DNA from: Lama glama
Lineage: Eukaryota
Direction of reading: 5' to 3'
Assembly (NCBI GenBank): GCA_028534125.1
Contig: CM052817.1
Coordinates: forward strand, 23,252,001-23,316,000
Length of the DNA: 64,000 nucleotides
Of the stretch, positions 11,851-26,207 are shown in pieces (within the stretch, counting starts at the first letter, position 1; each line of letters opens with the position of its first letter). A program made the position numbers and the translations under genes. Below the pieces are notes generated by a model. It made no database searches and was not told the origin of the DNA. It saw nothing but the letters and a program-made list of their open reading frames with translations.

Positions 11851-14800
11851 AATCCTATTTTATACACCGAACAAATTCATATTACACTAGTTTATTTGCC
11901 CTAATTTCATTATACCTTGTTTTCTCCGGAATGTGGACATTTCTATGTACTTGATTCAGGTACATACAAATGTACCTTGACATTTGCAGTCTCCTCTACT
12001 CCTTTTTACATGTAAAAAATAAAAATATTTTGCATGTTTCTAAGTATGTTCTATTCCATATACAGGAAAGTATGGTTTTAACATAAGGACTCCAACTAAG
12101 GAAACCCAGACAGGAATTTAGGGAATATTATGAAAACCACACTTCTTGATGACCTAATGGTGACAGTGGTAGATGGTGACAAAATGAGAATAACTTTATA
12201 ATGATTGCACCAGGAACCTTGTTTACTTCTTTGAAAAAAAATCTTTGAAATTTTAGTGTGTTAATGCAAATAAAATGTTAAATTATTGAGAAATATAACA
12301 ATGATTAAATTTATAAAAAATATAACCTTCCGAAAAACTATAATGCATTGAGAAAGGAAGATCAAAGGATATAACACCAAAAAAAAAAAAAAAAACAGGC
12401 CTACTAAGAAAATGACAAGAAACAAGTAAGAGAGACATTATAGCACAGGAAAGCCATGCCTAGTTGTGTGAAATATACATGATTAGCAAGATATAATCAG
12501 CTTGGAAAAGTGCAACTCAGAAATATTTATTATACTTTTGAGTATTATAAAGCAATAGCACTAAGATTAAAAAGGCAGGGAGCAAATTCACTTACAATTC
12601 ATTGGCAGATAATTGTATATGATAGGCTAGGAACTTATCATTGTTTATAGACTGTTTTGTAGTGCACTGAACATATCTCATTTAAAATGTTTGTCTACTT
12701 TCGTTAGACTGTGAGTTCCTTAAATACTGCATCTTGCAATTTGTTGTTAATATGAGCGACTTCATGAAGAGTTGTTCAGTTGATTGATTTTAGCCTTTTG
12801 GTTATAATGGATAAATTACCACTGCAATTCTATATAGTGCTACCAAGTTCCTTTAGCTTTATAATCTTCAAAGAGGTCTCCACTCATAAATGATACCCAT
12901 GAAATTGAACTGCTGTACTGCTCAACAGCAAGACGGTGGGGCAAAATCTGGGTGGATGTCAGGATATGAATGAGTGGCATCACCCTTTGCAAATTATATA
13001 TAAAATCTATTACCGTCATTCAAAGAGTAAGTTAGCATTGTTTTCAAGGTTTCCATTAATTTTTGTTACCTTCTGGTATTTTAAGAGGGCTTTTTAAATC
13101 TTGAATTGTTAACGCTGAGTGTCTGATTCATCTCTGAAATTTAGTGCTGTAACAAATGTTATAAAATGTATATATGAGAGAAAAATGAATCCCTTTCAAT
13201 GGGGGAACTCTGTACTCACAGACTCACAGTTAATACCTGTTTAACTTCTTTTTTTTTTTTTTGGAAGTTCCCTAACATTTAGCTGTCTACAGGACTTCCT
13301 ATGTACTAAAATATTTAGACATTTCTGGCCTTGGATATTAATGTAAACCTAAATAGCCAAATCAGTTTTAAAAATAAGATTAAAATTTTCCACCAATTAG
13401 ACAAAATCCAGCTTTCTTAAGACTTTTCATAATGGCATACATAGTAATACATTTATTAGAACTTGATGGTAGTAGGCCATTCTTTTTAATCTTCTTTGAA
13501 GTGGAAAAAGACCCAAATCTCCCTGGATTAAGATAATGTCTTTTTATTTGTTGAGAAAAAAAGATATTTTTAATGAATTGTTTGATTAGATAATCTTCAT
13601 TTCTCTCGGAAGGTGTTTCTTATATATAAACTCAAAATCCCTCTTCTGTGTTCATAGTACTGCAGATTGTGCAAAGGTTAGGTAAAATTCTTTTTGATTC
13701 CTAATTTAACTGAACATATTGTATTTTTCTAAGTGCAATGTTTTGAAGCCTAAAGAAGTGTTACATTCACAGGTCTTTTATTGTATATATAAATTTAACA
13801 TTTTGACAACAATATTGCAATAACATGCATGATCTATATCCTTGACAGATATCCGGGTTCTTTTTAATTGTGTTTAAACTTTATGCATAAACATCATTGT
13901 ATAATCAGTATTACTTTCTTTTGATTATTGGAACAGATATTGACATTGCTTGTTTAAATCACAATTTTGTTATCTTACTTCTAGAGTCTAAGGAAGCAAA
14001 ATTAGCCTGTATAATGTATCTTTGTTCGCCTTTAGTAAAATTTTTCCCTTTTTATAGGCAGTTCTCTGCTGTTAAACCCCAATGGATATATGATAAGACT
14101 ATAATTTTTGATGGATGCTCCACTGTGGGTACAAATCTTGTCATTGTGTTAAATAGTCTATGCACATTTTCTTTTCCATCAAATCTTCTTTGAAATTCAA
14201 AAAATATTTCAGATATTATGATGTTTCCAAACTGTCCTCAGGGATCACTGTTCTTATTGTCAACCTTTTCTGAAAAGGGAAAAGGAAATTCAATATGGAA
14301 AAGCTTTGCTAGCTGAGTGCTTTTATTTTGTCTTCTGTGTAGCAGAACACTGAATCTATCATTTCTAAGACTGTTCTGAGAATTTTGTGATTACAGCACT
14401 TAGATTTAAGAGACATAATTTATCATCATTCTGTTTTCAATTGCTGTAGTATTTCAGTCAAATTCAAAAGTACTTTTCTAATTTTATTTCTGAAGGTTAT
14501 GTTGACCTTTCCTTTATGTTGAATAAATAACCTAAGTTTCTCTTTTGCTTGGTAAATCTAGTTTGTGTTACAAAGAAAACTGTTTGCATTTTTTTATTTT
14601 TAAAAATATATTAATATATTTACTTGTTGTTTGATAAAAATATATTGTATTTATTACTCCTTTCAGCATGTTGCACAAGCATGAAAATAACCATTTCCTA
14701 TGGCCCTTTTTACCCTCATATATTTTAGTAGCTCTTAAAAACACTTTCAAATATAACAGAGCTAGATTTTAGTAAGCTTATGTTATCTGTACCTATCTAA

Positions 14801-16599
14801 GTAAATGTTTAGTTACGTACATGGGAGCTGTCCCTATGGCTTTATACAAGTTAACCTCTGTTGCAGAGATTTACAAAGTTATTTGTTTCCATGTATAGTT
14901 AATATTGCATTTTCTTGCTGCATAACAGTATAGACTCGGATATGCTTGCAATTGTTGATGGACTGGTTCCCTTTCAAGCAGAAAGAGTAACATTGTTTAA
15001 GTCCTGTTCTATATGTCTTCATGTACAATCATGCATTATGCCTTTTTTAATAATGATATGCCTTATTAGCAAATTTGCATAGTTTACCCCAGTGCGTTAA
15101 AAAAAACTTCCAAAACCATTTGGTTATCTGCTTATACTATTTATCAAATTTGTCCTTTCATTTTCATTTCAAATTTCAATATCCTTATTTCTACTTTATT
15201 GTTCCCCCCAGATGAATATCTCTTTTCTTCACCACTCCAATGGTTCCTATAAGATTAGCTATTATGAGTTCTTAAAATTAACCCCAATCATATGATTGCA
15301 CTATTCAGAACATTAATATTATCAGTGCTTGCCATTTAAGGAATTCCATATTCTGGCTCTATCCAACTTTATAAAACTGTAAGTCATTTATTTTCTATAT
15401 GTTCTCTACACCAGTCCCAAAGTGATGGTATCAAAGTGTTTATTACATGTACTTGAGATTAAAAAGCTTACACCAGAATCTAAATCAAAATGCTTTATAA
15501 AGCATATTCTAGTTAAGCTTCTAATACATTTTCAAAGCAAGATTTTCTTGATAAAAGAAGCAGTGCATTGCTTTACAGGCTAAAACAAACTCACTTATTT
15601 CCTCATGATGTTCACAAACAATTCTTGGATCAGTCCCATTCCATGGATGACACTTTTAGTTATTCTGCTGGTTCTCTAGATGTATACACGGCTACACAGG
15701 GCCTTTCTAATTTCCCTGGGAAAATTCTATATATACAATTTAGCTGATGCTGTTTTCTTATATTTAAAAAAGGATCCACCTTTTGTTCAAAATGTATAGC
15801 TGATCTAACATGTCATTGAGAATTATTTTATTCCCTTGTTGAGTGATTTACTCATCCTACAGTTTCACTATTTTTATAATGTTTTTCCAAGAACATTGCT
15901 AAATTCAGGAGATACAGAAATAAATACTGTATTTCTCTGGCTGAAAAATTCCACGTTTGTGTTTGTTTCTCTGAGTATGAGTGAGCTCTAAATTTATGGA
16001 AGCTTAAAATTACTATTAGCCAATAGAGAAATAGTTTTCATTACTTGAGTGTGCATATATGTAGTTGTTATTCTTGAGGACGTGACTGGACAGTCATAAT
16101 ATTTTGACATAATGTTTCACATAAGGATCCCTTGAGGAAGGAATCTGGATGTTTATTATTTTTCTAATATCAAGAAACAACTAGCATGAATGTCTAGGCT
16201 TGGATAAGATCCAAGGAACAAATATGGAACACTGTTTTACAAACTATTGTATGAACCATGACCATTATTTCACAGAAGATGATACTTTATAATAAAACAT
16301 GGGCAATAAATGATGATTTTGAAAAGTGATTTAAAGTAGATCTCTGAATGTAATGAAGTTTTAGGAACCCTGTAACAATTTATTCCACTAATACTTTTCT
16401 TTATGTACAGAATTGGATAAACACTAACTGTATGCCAAAAACAGTTGGAAGGTATTTTATGCAATTTGACTAACTTAATCAGTACCTTTACCATAACTTC
16501 ACAAGTTTTACAGATAGGAATGATGTGGAAAATGCATGCATTAATAAGTATAGGCTCCCAGAGTAATATCTGACCTGTCTCAAGTACTATTACTTTTTT

Positions 16600-16735
16600 T
16601 TTTCCAACTTAGGGAGCAGGAGTCTGAAACAGTGAGGTTAATTAACTCCCTAAGTTGCAGCTATCTGTTGGAAAACTTGACATTAGAGCCCAAAGATTCA
16701 AATTTTTAATTTCCGTCCTGTACTGCCTTTTAGCC
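16600..16735 (-). mobile_element. MIR fragment
   Basis: CTGAAACAGTGAGGTTAATTAACTCCCTAAGTTGCAGCTA. Confidence 0.5.
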
Positions 16736-17029
16736 TTGAGTTACACAAATAGTCAATACCTTCCTGTGCAGGGGATAGATAACTCAACAAACATGATAAA
16801 TGAAACATGTAAAGTAAAATATGCTTTAATAGTTTTGATAGAGGTGCATAGAATGTGCTGTTACATTTCTGAGAAGCGTCACTGTCACCAGACTTGGGTG
16901 AAGAGCAAGGATGGCTTCTGGTTGGAAGGAATGTCCAAGGCAGATTTTGAAACAGGAATAAAACTTAGATATAGGCTTGGTGTTGACAGTAATGGAAGAG
17001 GTTTTCTCAACAGGAGTCATCCTGTAACA

Positions 17030-17437
17030 TTTTCCCACTTCCTTACCTCATTGTAACTACTCTGTCCACAAGCACGCTGGGCAGACTCCCACCGCAAGAC
17101 CTTTGCACTAGTTCCCTCTGCCTAGAAAGCTATTCCGCAAAATAGCCACATGGGTTAATCCTTTATCCACTTCAGATTTTTATTTAAAATTCTTACCCGT
17201 GAGGCCTTCTCTGGCTAATCTATTAAAAATTGCAACTCACAACAATAGTATTTCTATCTCCTCCCTGTATTTTCCTCCTTGATATGTGTCACTATGTATT
17301 TTGCTTATTTTGTCAACCTCCTCCACTAAAATGTAAAGGAATAAGGGCAGATATTTTTGTCTTTTCTGCAGCAGTATTCCCAGTGAATGATGGAACTGCA
17401 CGTGGTTCATGTTGTTTGATAACAGGATGCTTATTGA
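17030..17437 (+). mobile_element. L2 3' fragment
   Basis: CCTTTGCACTAGTTCCCTCTGCCTAGAA...CTCCTCCACTAAAATGTAA...AGGGCAGATATTTTTGTC...GTATTCCCAGTG. Confidence 0.75.
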
Positions 17438-18443
17438 GGTCTGGGTGTGGAGGGGGGAGTGGGTGGAGGTAATTTTAGGCAGGCAAAGACCATGGTAAGT
17501 TGTGCTTTACTAAAGTGTTTGAACTCAATTGTCTTGGTGATGAATCTTAATTAAGATGGTGATGTAGTCTGTTTTTTAGATTAGAAATGTCTATTGAAGT
17601 CATTCTGAAAATAAATTGGAGAAGTATAAAGAAGGATTTGGACACCAGTTAGGTAATCATTGCTATAATCTGGGCCATTAAATTATAACAGTTCATGAGA
17701 ATTATTTGAATTGGGGCTCTAGGTATTCCTCATAGTTCCAGTTGAACCTGATTTCTCACATTGCATGAGAAAGGGTTACGTTAGAGGAGTATGTATAAGT
17801 CCTGTACCATTATGTAAATTCCGGCTCTGACCAGGGTACCCTTCTCGTGTTTGAGCGACTTTGAGTGACTTGGTTGAACTCTTAGTTAGCAAATTGCTTA
17901 TAGCGACTTCAAGAGCACACAATAGGTATTACAGTATTTAACTTTGACTATTAGGAGTAACTATCCTGTTAAGAACATCACATGTGGTAGTTGCATGCTT
18001 GATTTTCCAGCTGACAGTCCTCTTTCTCTTGCAACCTTCTTTACAACAAAATTGTCTTTTACTATGTTTTATCCCTTTCTTTTACTGTGTTTTATCCCAC
18101 TTTTTCCCAAACAGAAACACAAGTTTTATCAAATGGAATAGAGGGATTTTTTTCTCCTAAAGAAGAAAATACTATGTTTTAGCACACTTGTATCTCTGAA
18201 CTTCCCAGATTTGTTTTGCTTAATATAATTCACATATAAAGAAATTACCCTAAAGCCTCTTCTCATGCTTTCTTAAGATTCTTAATGACATTTTTTTTGT
18301 ATGTCGAGAGTTAGAATGTAAAATTTAGTGAGGCGAGCAGGTAGGCACTGATGTTTTAGAGAATAATCTCTTATACATTTGACATAGGACATGAAATACT
18401 TTGTACTGCTTGCTTGGGCTATCATATTTTTCTTAGAAATTTT

Positions 18444-18613
18444 TTTCTTTTTTGAGTAAAGGCAGATTTATTTAGAGAGATACATTGAAAGGCAAGAGAA
18501 AGGCCAGGAGGTGTGCGGGTGGGGTGCTCAGATTAGAGTAAGAGGAGGTACACACTCCGTAGACAGACTGCGGGCCGTCTCTGAAGAGGAGGAAGAGAGA
18601 GTGGCGGCAGTGC
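18444..18613 (-). mobile_element. Poly(A)-tailed retrocopy of an ERV LTR R region, inserted by L1-type machinery
   Basis: 93/102 nt ungapped identity (manual count) between the reverse complement of 18454-18555 and 47096-47197. AATAAA (plus-strand TTTATT at 18467-18472) lies 13 nt before the A tail. TSD AAATTTT at 18437-18443 and 18614-18620; the reconstructed empty site reads TTTT/AA. Confidence 0.85.
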
Positions 18614-18764
18614 AAATTTTAACTTTTTATAATATTTGCTTGTACACTGCATGCATGTGTAACATTTAAACCATTCAAAAAATTCTTGAACATTACTTAA
18701 TTTTCTTTCATTTAATATGGATAATTAAATGATCTCAGACATAGTCTATATCATTGATATGGGC

Positions 18765-18920
18765 CTAAACCAATGAGCCAGTGGTAGAAAGCAAAGAAAT
18801 ACCCCTGTGCATATATAGAAACTTGGTATTTGAGAGAAGGGACAGTGCAAAATGAATAGACTATTTATTATGAATAATCAATTTGATAAATGGTTGTGGG
18901 AGAATTGATAATAGGGAAAA
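18765..18920 (+). mobile_element. Old L1 ORF2 C-terminal fragment
   Basis: AGAAATACCCCTGTGCATATATAGAAACTTGGTATTTGA...ATAAATGGTTGTGGGAGAATTG resembles the LIFDK...FNKWCWENW region. Confidence 0.55.
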
Positions 18921-19054
18921 AACAGTTTTTCTTCCTCCTTGTTTTTTAAAATAATTTTACTCCATATGTATGTAATATAAATATTTTGTGATTTTTACAA
19001 CTTACATAAACAATATCTTACTCAACTATAAGGAAATATTTCTCCAGATTGGTC

Positions 19055-19600
19055 ACTTATTAGCTAGGCTCCCAGGAATGGAACCAGCCTTCTGCATAGA
19101 TACATAAGAGCAAGTAGCCGTGGCTGGTGACAAAGCTTGGACCACAGCCCCTTCCTAGCCTAGTCCCCATCATGAGGGAAGGGATGAGGGACAGAAGCTC
19201 TCCCAACCATAAGCAGAGATGTAGCCAATAATACCCCATCAAAAAGCTACAACATCAAATATGAGAGCCCAGCCCCTGGATTGTGCCACTGTTTGGACTG
19301 GCAGAAAAGGGCTAGAGCCAAGACTCGGCATGTTATTTATTAGGACTGACTCCTGTTGACAACAGAAGTAGGTTCCCTAATCATGCAGCTTCAGAGACCT
19401 ACAGTCAAAAGCTGAAGTTCCTTTTAAGTTCTCTTAAGTGTAGTTGGCCCTGCCAAATAGCAGTGCAACATCTCAGAGGGTGATGTGTGGTGGGTGACGT
19501 ATGCATGTGCTGTTGACACTGCCTCTGGGAGCTTTCCACATTCCAGGCTGCACCAGCAGGCGTGGGCTCAGGACGGCTCAGTGCTTTGCTCTTGTTGCAT
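19055..19600. mobile_element. Probable old ERVL/MaLR LTR
   Basis: GC-richer block starting TATTAGCTAGGCTCCCAGGAA with MaLR-like composition. Family and strand uncertain. Confidence 0.35.
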
Positions 19601-22429
19601 GACACATACTATATGCAGGGAATTAAGGATTCATCACTTACATACTAGAGATCACATTGGAAAGATATGATAATTGCAAGGAAATTTTAGTAAAAGTCAT
19701 AATAGAGAAGAATGTGTGATTTGAAGAGGCCAAAAAAAGGAAAGAAAGAAAGATGAGGGAAAATGGAGTTTCACACAAAGAGTTTAGCATCTATTTTATT
19801 GAAGTAAAAATAAACGGAAAATATGTATTCAGCCAAAATAGAAGTATATCTTAATCTAATATAAGGAAAAACTTTACAAATGTAAATTGGTAGGATTGCT
19901 TTAAAATAAAGTATACATTTTGGGAAACTAATTTAGCCTTGTATTCATCTAGTGACTTTTAATTAGGAATCCTGAGGTTTAACTTCAAACACATAGAAGA
20001 AAACAAATCGATGAGTAAGAAAAAGAATGATAGACACAGATGAACCAGCCAGGCTTCCCTTATGCTAGTGTTCAGTTGCAAGCTGGAAAAGACATCACTG
20101 AGGACCAGTAAATTTAGTTTAGCACTGGAACCTATCAATCGGAAGATTTCTCATCTCTTCGTATATCCATTTAAAAGGAGTATTCTATGGAAATATAATG
20201 TCAGTATTTTAAACATTATCCTCCCCAAAATCTCACCATGTCTGTTATTTCTGCCCAAATCCCCTATGTCTGTCAGGCAGGTACAGTCAAGACCCAGTTG
20301 TGCACCTGTAATTATTAGCATTTGGCAAATGGTAGAAAGCTAGTGTGAATGGAAAATACCTTACAAATGTATTCTCCCTTGGAAATTTCACATGCTTTAT
20401 GTGCCCTGTCCCAACAGCACTCATATTAATCCCATAATCAAAAATGTCTAATTAGAACCAATTTGATAAGCAGTCAGTTATCTGCATTAAACATATGTGT
20501 TACTATTCATTGTACAAGTAAACCTATTATTTCCAAGAGAAATCAGAGTCATTAGATCAGAAAGGCTTACTAAAATTGAACACTGCTAAGCAAAATTAAG
20601 GATTTCTATTTTAGAAGAAAACATACATCTCATTTCAAAGTAAATGACACATTAATAGACATAATTAGCACTATAAAGTGTTCAAGAGTCTTGAGAAAAT
20701 TAATATGAGTATTGAGTTTGAATGGGGTAGATTGCTTCAGAGGCCATCTACATATTCTATTATGAACAGGTTTTAAGCATATTAACGCTTTAAACAGACT
20801 TAGGAAGTAACAGATATTCTTTGAAGCAAGAAACCAGAAAATGAATATAAAGAGAGAATTGAACTTCCCAAATTATCAGAGATTCCTTAATAAGTAAACT
20901 TCCTCCTTTTTGATCTTAGTGACAAATTACTGACTCATAAGATCAGAAAATAAATCCTCATCCGAAGCTGAACTCTATAACTGTATTTTGCTGCTTCTCA
21001 ATTTCATGGGTGCTCGATGCTTTCTGTATTGTGCAGGGATTTACATTCCTGATTAGTAAGACTTCAATGGACTGATACAATTCCAGTCATAACTAGAACC
21101 CTTGTAGCAGTATTTGCACTTCCACTGATAGTTAATCGATACCATTTTAGCATCTTAATTGCTTCATGAAGTAACTATTTTAAGAAATTTATTATCTTTA
21201 TGAGGCTTAAAATAATGTTTCATTTTCAAACAGTGCAACTGCTGTCCATGAGGCTTTCAGGATAAATTTCAAACTCATTAGACAAGCTACTACCTACAGT
21301 ATTTCAGGAACACTGTCTTCATTTCTGTTGTAATTTCTTCTGTCTTTCCAGTGCTCAAGTTCCAGTCATTTCAGTGTTGGTGAAATTCTTACAAAGGGCT
21401 GCAGGGTTTGCTACCTCTCTGCCTTGTCCTTTCATCTTCATTTGATTTCCTTTCACTCATCCTGACAGATTCAACTCAGCCACATGTTCCAATATGTTAT
21501 TTGGTCAAAGAACTCAAGAGCTCATTAGATGCCATTTCCTTGTTCTGATTTTACTCTCTGCTTATCCTGTGATGACACCCATAGTACGAGTGTAATTCCT
21601 AACTCTAGATTTCAAAATCTTCCAAGACCAGATAGGAGCTTATCTAACTTTGTACTCTCAATATGTAACATGGTTTTTGTTTTGATGTAGGTGTGCTGAA
21701 TTTTTTAAAAAATGAAACTAAGTCATTATTCCTAGATCAATTATACGAAGGTGGTAAATGATGTCAACATAAGAAATCAAACCAGTTCCCACCTTAGACT
21801 TTGAAATAACAAAGTAATGCAGTTCACATCAGTGCCAGGCTTATTGACTGGTTTATTATTCATGTATTCAGTAAATGTTTACTGAGGGCCTGCTAGGTGC
21901 CTGGCACTTTGCGAGGCAGTATATAAGTTTGTTAAAGAATTCAGGCTTAGCTGACACATTACCCTAGTCATGTAAATAGTAATGAAAAACTAAATCATAT
22001 AAATAAAAATGTTTGAATATGTTTAAATTTCCTATGAGTGAACTGTATGCTGTTGATCATCTGTGATCTGCCAGCAGCATATTAGTAGTGTAGCGTTCCC
22101 AGGGAAGAGTGATAGAACTGGTCTCACATATCTCTGCTGGAAATTTTCATTGAGTTAATTGCTTTGTGCATTGTTTTACCATTTCCCTGTAAGCCTTACT
22201 TTCCTCTGTTAGACCATACAACAATCTTTCTAGCAAGTTGTCCTTAAACTTTGCACCAGGTAGTTTTGTCCATTTGTTGCATTCCTCCAAGCAGAAATTC
22301 TGCATCAGTTTCTTAAAGGACTAGATATGTCTTCAAGCACTTGAATAGATGTTTTAAATTATATTTGTTAAAAGAATAATGAGCTCACTAAAACAGAATA
22401 AACACTGGTAGATGGTACGTAGTGAAAGT

Positions 22430-22610
22430 ATAGGTAATATTGTGTGACCTTAGTCAAGTCAGTGTTTCCAAGTCTCAGTTCATTCCTCTGTCAGATAGAG
22501 GAAAGTGTCTGTTTCATAAGATACTGAACAGATTAAATGACGTAATACATATGAAGCTCTCACAGTAATTCCTGGAACATAGTAAATATTTCACAAGAGT
22601 AATTAGTATC
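22430..22610 (+). mobile_element. MIR SINE
   Basis: TGTGTGACCTTAGTCAAGTCA...TCTCAGTT...GATTAAATGACGTAATACATATGAAGCTC...CCTGGAACATAGTAA. Confidence 0.75.
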
Positions 22611-25239
22611 AAACACACACATACACACACCCTGCTCACACTCACCTACTTATAATTAAGAATGTTTGAAGAGCAAAGGGGATATAAGAAAGGAAGAGAC
22701 CCAAAAAATATAATTTTTTTAGAATTATGTTAAAATATCCTGGGCTTAAGCTATATGTTTACTCTTCTGTTCATTGTAAAATTATCATGATACAAAAACA
22801 ATTTTTCCTAAACTTAATCTTAATTTAGTACTAATTGCACTTCCCTCAGGATTCAAGTTTTGAACAACTAGTAAAATGAGTGACTATTAGATTTTGCACG
22901 AGCAAAATTTTTAACGAGCGTTACACTGATAAAAATGGGAAAATGTTTTTAATATGCTACATTAATCCAGAAATCATCTTCCCAAAAAGTTGATAACATT
23001 TTTTAAAATTAAAGAGATCAATGTAAGGCATGGAGGGTAAAATCAGTAACAGGAAAACATAAGTCTTGGAACATAGGCAGTTAAATCAGGTCATTAATTA
23101 CAGTTTTGAAATATGCAAAGACTGAAATGTAAGAAATCTACTCAGTTAAATCAAAGTATTTCTCTTAAAAGGAATAAATAAATAAAAACTTATATAGAAT
23201 AAATATACTAAAAACTTGTACCATTTTAATACTATCCTATTTCCCATATATCATGGCTATTATATTATCAAAACCCCTCAAGAAAGGAAAAAAATGTAAT
23301 ATTGCCATAGAAAATGTCAGAATTCTTCACTTATTTGGAAAAGAGTGATGAAAGACTTTTGATAGGCCAGTTAATAAAACCAGGTATTTACACAGTATCT
23401 CATTAACTATTCCTCCTTATGTTCCTCCTAGGTTTGGTAAAATTATTTCTATTATTGGATATGAAACTTCGAATTGTATACTAAGCTGACCCTCTTTACC
23501 CAAGTACAAATTAAGCTTTACTGCCTCCCCCCACTATTAAAGTTATTCTAGTACTTTTCTTAAACTTTTCTTAAACTTTTCTACATAAACCAAATCTGTA
23601 TGACTTCTGTGTCTCCAAATGTAACAAGACTTTGTTGATATTATGTTAAATGTCACATTAATAGTAACAGTATTAATCCACATTTTCAGTGTGACGTTTG
23701 CCATTCCAAAAAATTAACCATGACAGCTAATAATTGGAATTTCTTATTTTTGATTTAGTAATTGTCATGCTAAAATATCAGTAAAATGTCAGTAAGCATT
23801 GTACCTATCAAAATTTAATTTGAACTGAAACATATCACACATTATGCAGGTTGTCAGACCAGAGAATTTCTGAATTGGAACATGTAAAATATTTCCTTCA
23901 GTAAAGTTGATAACTTCAGAAAAAAATATATTGTTTTCCAACTAATACCTAAAAGAACATTTCCCAAGAGTGAGGCAAAAAGTTAATATTGAAGAGGTTA
24001 TACTTAATGCAATTGATAGTAGAATTGGCCTTCAAAAATAAGAAAGATCAGCTTGTTTAGGATTTTTTTTTTAACATTTCCACTTTGTACTTTTTTATAA
24101 TAGATTATTTTCTAAAGTAGTTTTAGGTTCATGGAATTAATTTCATTATGGTTGACACAGAAAAATGCCAGAATTACAAAACAAAGTCCAGAGTGAATAT
24201 ATAAAAATGTCAAGTTCATAGGTGACAAATGATCGTGTTTCTAAGTTGAGAAGTAAAAGAGGTTGCCTATAAAGTGATTTATAAAAACAATTCTAAGTAA
24301 ACATAATATATTTCTGTTTATATAGTACATTTTATAAATGATTATTTTTTTCCCTTTCCCAAAACCTATTGATTTTTCTTGTAGACAATTTAGGTATTAT
24401 ATTAAGAAAAAGAGGAGGTATTAGTTTTTGTTGTTTCTAATGCATGGGAAAAAATACCAAATGACAGCTAAAATATATACATTTTCATCAACATTTAACA
24501 ATTCACTATGGGACATATGAAATCCAACGAAAATGCTTTTATTGTTTATTATGAATACTTCCTTGAGTATCAGGTAAATCTTTTAGCAAATGCCACTAGC
24601 ATTTTCAAGTGACATTTATAATCAAAATTATCTAATATTTATCTACCTGTGTTGTTTATTTAAAAAACTGAAAATTATAACATAGTTACTCTGTCACTAT
24701 CTTTCTGTTTCTTAAGGTTGGAAATTCGTCACACTTCAGAAAACTGGAATTTGACTTGTGACATATGAAAGTTGATTCTGAGAAACAATTATTAAAATAT
24801 TTGCATAGCCATTTTATATATATTAGAATATGCTGGGCTTATTTTATGGTAGCACAGATACAATGATGAAATAAAATGATGACATATTTATTCTGCAAAC
24901 ACCTTTTCTTTATTAATATTGACAACAATGTTATCATTGTCCAAGTTATTTTTAGGGCATCTATTATGTAAAAGTTACTGTGTTCTTATTTGTTCTTCAT
25001 AGAAACACATAAAACACTGGAAAACATGATGTGTGATAAAAAGGAAATATCTGAGGAAGTTGTTACATTACTCTTTAACTATTTGGAGGAGTTAGAATTA
25101 AAAATGAATAGGAATATCATAATTGAAATGGGCAGAGAGAGTAAAGAGAGAAGACAAAATACATGCATGTGAATGGAAAATCCTGGGTACATTCAGAACA
25201 AAAATGTGTTCCTCTTGGCTAGAACAGTGTTAGTCACTT

Positions 25240-25775
25240 TTATTTGTTTTTCTCTGCTCTATTTCTCCCAGCAACTTGATCCACTGATTTCTCCACCTGA
25301 AATCTCAGTCTAGTATTTTATCTAATCCTGACTGGGATAATAGAAGTATCAGCAACCACATCGGCTAATCCGATGGGGCTCAGAGTTTTTAGGCTTCGGT
25401 GTCAAATTTGGGAACTCAGTGACACAGTGACAGTCAGAGTTACTGTTTTTAAAGTTGCCCTTGACGCCAGTACGTTTACAGGCTCTTTTATAAGGGGCCA
25501 CAACTCTAAAACCTTGTTGTACCAACCCTGCTGCCTTTTTTTGACTTTTGCAGTCTTTCTTAATGTTGGGCCAACCCCCTACTGCTACATTTATTATTTG
25601 CAATATATACTATATGCTCTATAATGAACATCGGACTATTGATGGAGACATGTATCTCTTCTTGTCTTTCTCTCGGTGGGAGATGTGTTTCTTCCACTCA
25701 CAAATAAAAGGGTTCTCTGTCCTCCTGACCTATGGATCCCCTAACATTCTAATCCATTCACCTGAATGGTAATGT
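25240..25775 (-). mobile_element. Probable ancient LTR
   Basis: GC-richer block with a minus-strand TATA-like CTTATAAAAG near 25490 and a downstream GATAAAATACTAGACTGAG poly(A)-like region. Family not identified. Confidence 0.35.
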
Positions 25776-26207
25776 ATTATTATGTAAAAGTTATTACGGT
25801 ATTAAAAGTTATTATGAAGAGTAAGGGATTGTGTAAAAATTATTCACTATGCCTGGGTGTCTGACATAAAGTCTTTCATAGGGAAATGATAGGAGGAATT
25901 TTCTCAATAAAATATTTCATTCATTTTTTGACTTTCCAAATATGAGTAGCCTGTGGGATAAAAGAGCCAAGATTCTTTATAGGCAAGGAGATACGTAGAC
26001 ATGGGTCTTAGAATAGAATCTGGGCTGATTAGATGATTTTAGAAATCATTACCTTATAGTAGTGATAAAAGTCATGGAAGCACATTATGCCATAGAAGAG
26101 GTGGTCTGAGCTGAACTTCATTATGTGCATTTTGGTGTCATCAGCATAGTAAATCTTACTATGACAGTAATCTAAAATCTTACTGTCAGCCAGCGTTCTA
26201 AGGTTAC

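Noticed and set aside
23553..23582. 11-bp tandem repeat ACTTTTCTTAA, about 2.7 copies
   Set aside because: Ordinary slippage duplication. There are no unique spacers, so it is not CRISPR-like.
24962..25793. 16-bp direct repeat TATTATGTAAAAGTTA (24962-24977 and 25778-25793) as a possible TSD or paired D-box
   Set aside because: There is no poly(A) tail between the copies, and the first copy appears to lie inside an antisense L2 tail. TTATGTAA is expected several times by chance at this AT content.
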